DNA of 64,000 nt. It comes from the human T2T-CHM13v2.0 reference genome, Homo sapiens. The position numbers were made by a program, and so were the translations under genes. Positions 13,795-64,000 of the stretch are shown here, piece by piece (positions within the stretch are counted from its first letter, which is position 1; each line of letters opens with the position of its first letter). The stretch is from NCBI RefSeq assembly GCF_009914755.1, contig NC_060927.1, one strand, 5' to 3'. Under the pieces are notes generated by a model. The model was given only the letters and a program-made list of their open reading frames with translations, was not told the DNA's origin and ran no database searches.

Positions 13795-15275
13795 CAGTCA
13801 TGCTCTGCATGATAACATTTCTGTCGATAACAGACCACATAGAAGATGGTGTGCCATAAGATTATAAGGAGCTAAAAAATTCCTGTTGCCTAGTGATGTC
13901 ATAGCCAACAAAAAGTGGTAGCACAAGTCATTACTCCCATGTCTGTGGTGATGCTGGTGTAAAGAAACTTATGGGGCTGCCAGTCATATAAAAGTAGAAC
14001 ACGTACAATTATGTATAGTACATAATACTTGATGATGAAAATAAGTGAGTGGTACTGGTTTATATATTTACAATATCATATTTTTATTATTAAAGTATAC
14101 TCCTTCTACTTTTTTTTTAAGTTAATTGTAAAGCAGCCTCAAGCAGGTCTTCCAGGAGGTATTCCAGAAGAGGGCATTGTTATCATAGGAGATTACAGCT
14201 CCATGAGTGCTACTGCCCCTAAGACCTTCCAGTGGGACGAGATGTGGAGAAAGAAGACGGTGATATTGATAATCCTGACTCTGTGTAGGCCTAGGATAAT
14301 ATGTATGTTTGTATTTTAGTTTTTAACAAAAAAGTTAAAAATATTAATAGGAAAAAGCTTGTAGAATAAGGATATAAAGAAAATACTTATGTATAGCCTG
14401 TACAATGTTCTTGTGTTTTAAGCTAAGTATTATTATGGAGTAAAAAAGTTAAAAGAAATTAAAAAGTTTATAAAGTAAAAAAGTTACAGGAAACTAAGGC
14501 TATCACTGAAGAAATGAAAATACTTTTAAAAAATTTAGTGTAGCCTAACTGTACAGTGTTTATAAAGTCTACAGGAAGCGTACAGTAATGTCCTAGGCCT
14601 TCACATTCACTCACCACTCATTCACTGATTCACCAGAGCAACTTCCAGTCTCACAAGCTTCATTCATGGTAAGTGCCTTACAAAGGCATACCATTTTTAT
14701 CTTTTATACCATATTTTTACTGTATCTTTTCTTTTCTTTCTTTTTTCTTTTTTTTGAGATGGAGTCACACTGTCTTCCAGGCTGGAGCACAGTGGTGCGA
14801 TTTTGGCTTACTGTAACCTCCGACTACTGGGTTTAAACAATTCTGCCTCAGCCTCCCAAGTAGCTGGGACTACAGGTGCCAGCCACCACACCCGGCTAAT
14901 TTTTTGTATTTTTAGTAGAGACGAGGTTTCCCCATATTAGCCAGGATGGTCTCAATCTCCTGACCTCGTGATCCGCCCTCCTTGGCCTCCCAAAGTGCTG
15001 GGATTACAGGTGTGAGCCACCCACCCGGCCTACTGTACCTTTTCTATATTTAGATACACAAATGTGTTACAATTGCCTATAGTATTCAGTACAGTAACAT
15101 GTTGTACAAATTTGTAGCCTAGGAGCAACAGGCTATAGGTGATGCAGCCCAGATGTGTAGTAGGCTATATCATCTAGGTCTGTGTAAATGCACCCTATGA
15201 TGTTTGCACAGTGACAAAATCGCCCAAAGACACATTTCTCAGAATACATCTCTGTTGTTAAGCTACACATGACTG
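13795..15275 (+). mobile_element. Tigger3/Golem (MER7-type) DNA transposon derivative
   Basis: TIRs cagtcatg... and ...catgactg; gaccacatagaagatggtgtgccataagattata. Confidence 0.8.
14732..15030 (-). mobile_element. AluS nested in Tigger3
   Basis: TSD tactgta(t/c)cttttc at 14718-14731 and 15031-15044. Confidence 0.93.
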
Positions 15276-16297
15276 AAGTTGTACCAATTTACACTCTCTT
15301 TAATGGGAATTCCTGTTTTCTCCATCTTTGTTATCACTTGATATTTCTTAGACTCTAACATTTTTGCAGATCGAATAGATGTGTGGTGGTATTTCACTGT
15401 GATTTTAGTTTGCATGTCCCTAATTACTAATTAGGTTGTGCATACTTTCATATGCTTATTGGTTATTCAGATTTTCTTTTTTGTGGAGTGCCTCTTCCAG
15501 TCTCTTGCCATTTTTTTTCTATTGTGTTATCTATTTTGCATTGATTTGTAGAAGTTAATAAAAATTTCCTCTGAATATTATTTTGTTGAATATAAGTGTT
15601 TTAAATACTTTCTTCCATTCTATACTTTGCCTTTTCATTCCTAATATATATTTTAATAAACTGATGTTCTAGATATTAATGTAGTCAAATTTATCACTTT
15701 TCTTTATTCTATGGTCAGGTAGATATTTTCCTCTATTATCTTCTAACAGCTTTATAGATTTGTCTTTCACATTTAGGTATACTTGAAACTGATTTTTCAG
15801 TACAGTTTTAGGTGGGGGTCTAATTTTTTTTCTTTTTCTTCTGAAAACACAATAATCCTAGCACCACTTTTAGGAAGACTATCTTTTCCTCACTCTGTGT
15901 TATCCCGTCTTTACCATATATGAAGGGTCCATATATAAGCTTGGGTCTGCTTCCTTTTGTAATTGATTCTCAGCTAAATTGTATTATCGTCTGAAAACAT
16001 ACATATACTTTTAATCCCTTGAACATTGTTTGAATTTTATTCTATGGCCAGGCATACGGACTATTTTTGTAAATGTGCCCTATGTACTTGTATTTGTACC
16101 CTTTTGGTAACCTTAGGTTTTGTGTGGCTTTCTGTAAACAGAATTTATTTGAATTTTTAAAAATCTTGACTGACACTCTTTTTCCCAGAGTCCATTTAAA
16201 TTTAATGTAATTTATGAATATTTTTGTTTTTGAATATACTACTTTACTCTGTCTTTTCTATTTGTTTCTTTTATTCTGTATGTCTCTATATCCCGGG

Positions 16298-18119
<1,822 letters not shown>

Positions 18120-18292
18120 TAACCTTACTTTTTTGATTGGCTAATTGTTTCTTAGCATAGTTCCCCCTTGTCCTACTTTGGAAATGATATACTCTATTTC
18201 TGATTTGTTACTGGCAACCCTAATAATTAAGTCATTCATTCTTAAGTTACACAGTCTAATGATAATAAAAACCTTTACTTTTTTTTACTTTT

Positions 18293-18438
18293 TAGCATTA
18301 GGAGAAATACCTAATGTAGATGACGGGTTGATGGGTGCAGCAAACCAACATGGCACATGTATACCTATATAACAAACATGTACATTGTGCACATGTACCC
18401 TAGAATTTAAAGTATAATTTTAAAAAAAGAAAAAAAAG
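18293..18438 (+). mobile_element. Short L1PA 3' end with A tail
   Basis: gcattaggagaaatacctaatgtagatgacgggttgatgggtgcagcaaacc...aaagtataat. Confidence 0.88.
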
Positions 18439-19062
18439 GAATTGTCTTTTTAATTTATTTGTAAACCTTCAGCCTGTGTTCAGCTCCAGACTGAAGATCT
18501 GTCTTATTTTGCATCCCTAACACTTAGGAAAGTGACTTCACTTTTGTCTTAAGCAAATGCTCCAGCACACCAGGGCTCTGCCGATACCTACTATTCTGTG
18601 TTAAGTGGATGTTCTGAATGTTATTTGCCATCTGTGTCTATGTGTTATGCAGTTTAATGGTATAAAAAGTTAGGGCGGTGTTTATGGTGGAGGCATACTT
18701 TTGAGAACTTGCAGGTTCCAGATATTTGTACAGTCAGCATCATTATCCTGTCTCTTATCTCCCTTCAGTGCTAAGGTATCCTCACATTCTGGGCCAGAGA
18801 GATTCTAGTTTTACCTCTTGTGGGTGGGGTTGAGAAGGTAGCTCTGGTTCTCAGGTTGGCTCCCATGGAAATCTAGTTTCTACCTTGTAATTGTACCACC
18901 AGGTGAACTTGGAAACTGGCTCTAGTGAAATTTTCAAAAGATAATCTTGCATTTGGATACATTTCCAAAAACTCCGTGTCATGCAAGATGTGTATATTGC
19001 ATCCCTTTTCCAATGTTTCCCATTACAATTTAGGAAATGCATTTGTGCAGAAAAAATGAGAA

Positions 19063-19545
19063 ATGGATTAGTTTCCCTGGGATGCTGTAACAAATTACCA
19101 GAAACTAGGTAGATGACAATAATAGAAATTTATTCTCTTACACTTCTGAGGCTAGATGTCTAAAATCAAGGTATTGGCAGAGCCATGTTCCCTCTGAAGC
19201 CCGCAGGTGAGAACCGTTGCCTTCCATGTCTCCTCCTAGCTTCAGCAATCTTTGCCATTCCTTGGCCTGCACATGTATCTCTCCGATTTCTTCCTGTGTC
19301 TCCATACAGCTGTCTTTTCTTTGTGTGTGTTTTTTTCTGCATCTTCCCATGGTATTCTCCTCTCTGTGTGTCTCTGTTCAAATTCCCCTCATATTTTAGC
19401 AACACCAGTCATTGGATTAGGGCTCACCTTCATCTGAATTTGTTTACATCTGCAAAAACCTTAATGTCAAATAAGGTCACAATCACAGGTACTATTGGTT
19501 AGAACTTCAACATACCCTTTTAGGGAACATTATTCAACCCAAAGC
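19063..19545. mobile_element. MLT1 (MaLR) LTR
   Basis: ttagtttccc...gctgtaacaaattacca...aaatttattctct...aatcaaggt. Confidence 0.8.
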
Positions 19546-21029
19546 ATAATTCAACATAAAGTTGAATTATGTTCCTATGTTTAGGGAGCATAATTCAACT
19601 CAAAGTAAAAATACTTTTGAGAATAGTATCATCTACTTTAATAGAACCAGTCTGATGGTTTGGCACACTTAATTCTTTCACATATCATTGTAAAAATAAA
19701 CCTGTGCCCAAACTCTCTGTCCACTTAGCTGTCTTATAAACACTTGGGCTAGTATCTCAGATGGCTTTTTCATCATCCACATGGGATTTAGACGTTGAAG
19801 AAGCTGCACAGTCAGTATCTGTGCTCCCGGGTTCAGTGGTACGAGAGAGGAAGAGTTATTTGGTTGAACTCATCTTTTAGAATAAATCAGGCATTCAGAG
19901 AATAGCTGATTTGAGATGGCTTGGTACCTCTGCTATCCCATCATCATCTTATTAACCTGCATCTGTGGATGCTGCCAACTCCCAGTAAGCATCTTGAGAG
20001 CCTCTTTGACTTCTTATGGGCTAATAGTGACAGAAAAGGGAGAGCAAGGCCTCGGCAAATCTGTATTCTTGAGGCATGTGAGATGTATCAGCCACTGTGC
20101 TTTGTAATTATACAAATGGAAAATCTTATGAAATGATCAAATATATAGACAATGAATTGGCTATATATTTGAATCTTTGTGATTGTGGCTGGGAATGGGC
20201 CAAGAGTTAATGGAAGATCATGACTGTCATTACAATCCCTATGTCCTATGTTGTTATAGGGAGTCTTTGCTTTTCTTCATCTCAAAATCTGCAACATGCC
20301 TTTGGCCTAAATAAACTCCTCTGACAATTCTTACTCCATTCAGTTCATACAATTAATCTTTTGGGGGCTTAATTCCTATTTTATCTCTTGTTCTTGGAGC
20401 AGTGCCCATCATATAGTACGTAATTAATAACATTTGCAGGATGAATGAAAGAAACTACTGGCCATACCTTTTATCTACTGGATCATCATTCTCATGATTA
20501 TACTTTTTCTTCTGATTATATTAACTATGGAGTTCTGGACGCCAGGTAATGTAAAAACTCTCCTCCTTAATGTCTGATTATGAGATGTGAACAGACTCTG
20601 GAATGTATTCAAAAGCTGCCTCTTTAGCTACACAACAGAAAGGTCCAGCCATTTCAGCCTCAGAAAAGAGTGCTTTTCCCATATAAATGGGGCAGGCACC
20701 ATGGAGTTCTACAACACGAGATGCGAAGTCTATAGAAAGCATTCATTTTCTTCCCTTCCCACCAATTTTACAAGTGAGGAAATTGAAGTTAAGAGGGGAA
20801 AGACTTTAGCCCTGGTCAGCCAGACAATTGGTGGAAAAGTTAGGATTCCAACTGGCATTTCCAGATCCCAGGACAGTGCTCTTTCCTGCTCCACCCAGCC
20901 TCAATCTCAAACTGAAAAATATCAGGATCCCAGAAAGTGAGGGGTAAGTGACTCATGATACAGGTCAGCATCACAGAAATAAGAGAAAAATAAAATGATG
21001 CTTTATGATATAACGCTGGTGTGGACATA

Positions 21030-21569
21030 CATTTAAAAATATTAATTTTAATGGATATCTCAAAGGCTTTTCATGACATAGGCCACAGGTGTTACCCTGG
21101 GTCAGAGCAGTTGTCCGACAGCTCTCACATGCAGTCATGCAAAATCCTAAATAATATTGCCAATCTCTGTATGGTGCTCCACAGAGGACTACCTTGGACC
21201 TTCAGTAATGTTCTTGTTCTATATCTTTGGAAGTTCTGGTCCTGAGAAGTTTGTCTCAGTAAATATAATCTGATTACAACAAAAATAAAAGGACAAGGGA
21301 TATTTTCTGGAGAGTAAGAGAACCCATGATCTGATATTGAAATTCAGAAGGGAAATCACAGTGGAAGTGCTCTTAGCTTCTGACTCCTATTTGTGTATGA
21401 TGGTTTTTTCAAAGGTGGTTACCAGTTGCATTCCCTGCCCAGTTCTAACATTGTGACCAGTGGCATGCATTGGTGAGGCTGTAGCTGGGTGTGATCTGCA
21501 ATGGGAAAGAGTTAACACAGAGCAGAAGGACGCATCATAACTGAACATATCCAGGCTGGAGTGTTCTCA
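21030..21569 (-). other. SCN10A: SCN10A 3' UTR (approximate end)
   Basis: Follows the stop codon. ATTAAA at 21047-21052 on the minus strand, with a U-rich tract downstream (about 20980-21000). Confidence 0.7.
21047..21052 (-). terminator. SCN10A: Poly(A) signal ATTAAA
   Basis: Plus strand reads tttaat; first AWTAAA hexamer I found after the stop; downstream U-rich element present. Confidence 0.7.
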
Positions 21570-63906
<42,337 letters not shown>

Positions 63907-64000
63907 CTAGGAGTGGAAACAAGCTTTCATCACAGTGGGATCTGTGGGGTCGGAGGCAATGATAAAAATGGCAGCAAGAAAATGTCTTATTTACAAAATA

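Larger units (their letters stand above)
13320..16280 (-). mobile_element. Old L1M, host of a nested Tigger3
   Basis: T-rich antisense L1 motifs; ttttcctaaa|...|agttgtaccaatttacactc rejoins across the Tigger. Confidence 0.7.

Overview
Human genomic DNA, recognisable as the SCN5A-SCN10A cluster on 3p22.2. From about 21.0 kb to the window end it holds the 3' two-thirds of SCN10A (Nav1.8) on the minus strand. I traced 14 coding exons by their splice sites (coding exons 14-27, about aa 703-1956; lengths 174, 360, 447, 141, 124, 155, 174, 123, 285, 54, 138, 105, 271, 1214). They join in frame and end at TAG-TGA (21570), with an ATTAAA poly(A) signal near 21050. Bases 1-21000 are repeat-rich intergenic DNA towards SCN5A, which lies outside the window. 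Known biology visible in the sequence: the intron-16 cardiac T-box enhancer, here with the site-weakening rs6801957-type allele in cis with Val1073; the NAGNAG acceptor giving +/-Q1030; a U2-type AT-AC intron; and the last exons that make SCN10A-short. I found no new gene or multi-gene system. The best candidates for undescribed features are small. They are an orphan polyadenylated retro-insertion with an 18-bp TSD (10032-10248), an intronic AluYa5 near the GWAS variants, a synonymous duplicate of the exon-16 end inside the intron, an in-frame 4-nt-shifted GT-AG alternative to the AT-AC intron, and several locally templated insertions and hairpins. Repeat subfamily names and rs IDs come from recall, not a database search. 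Repeat boundaries are approximate.
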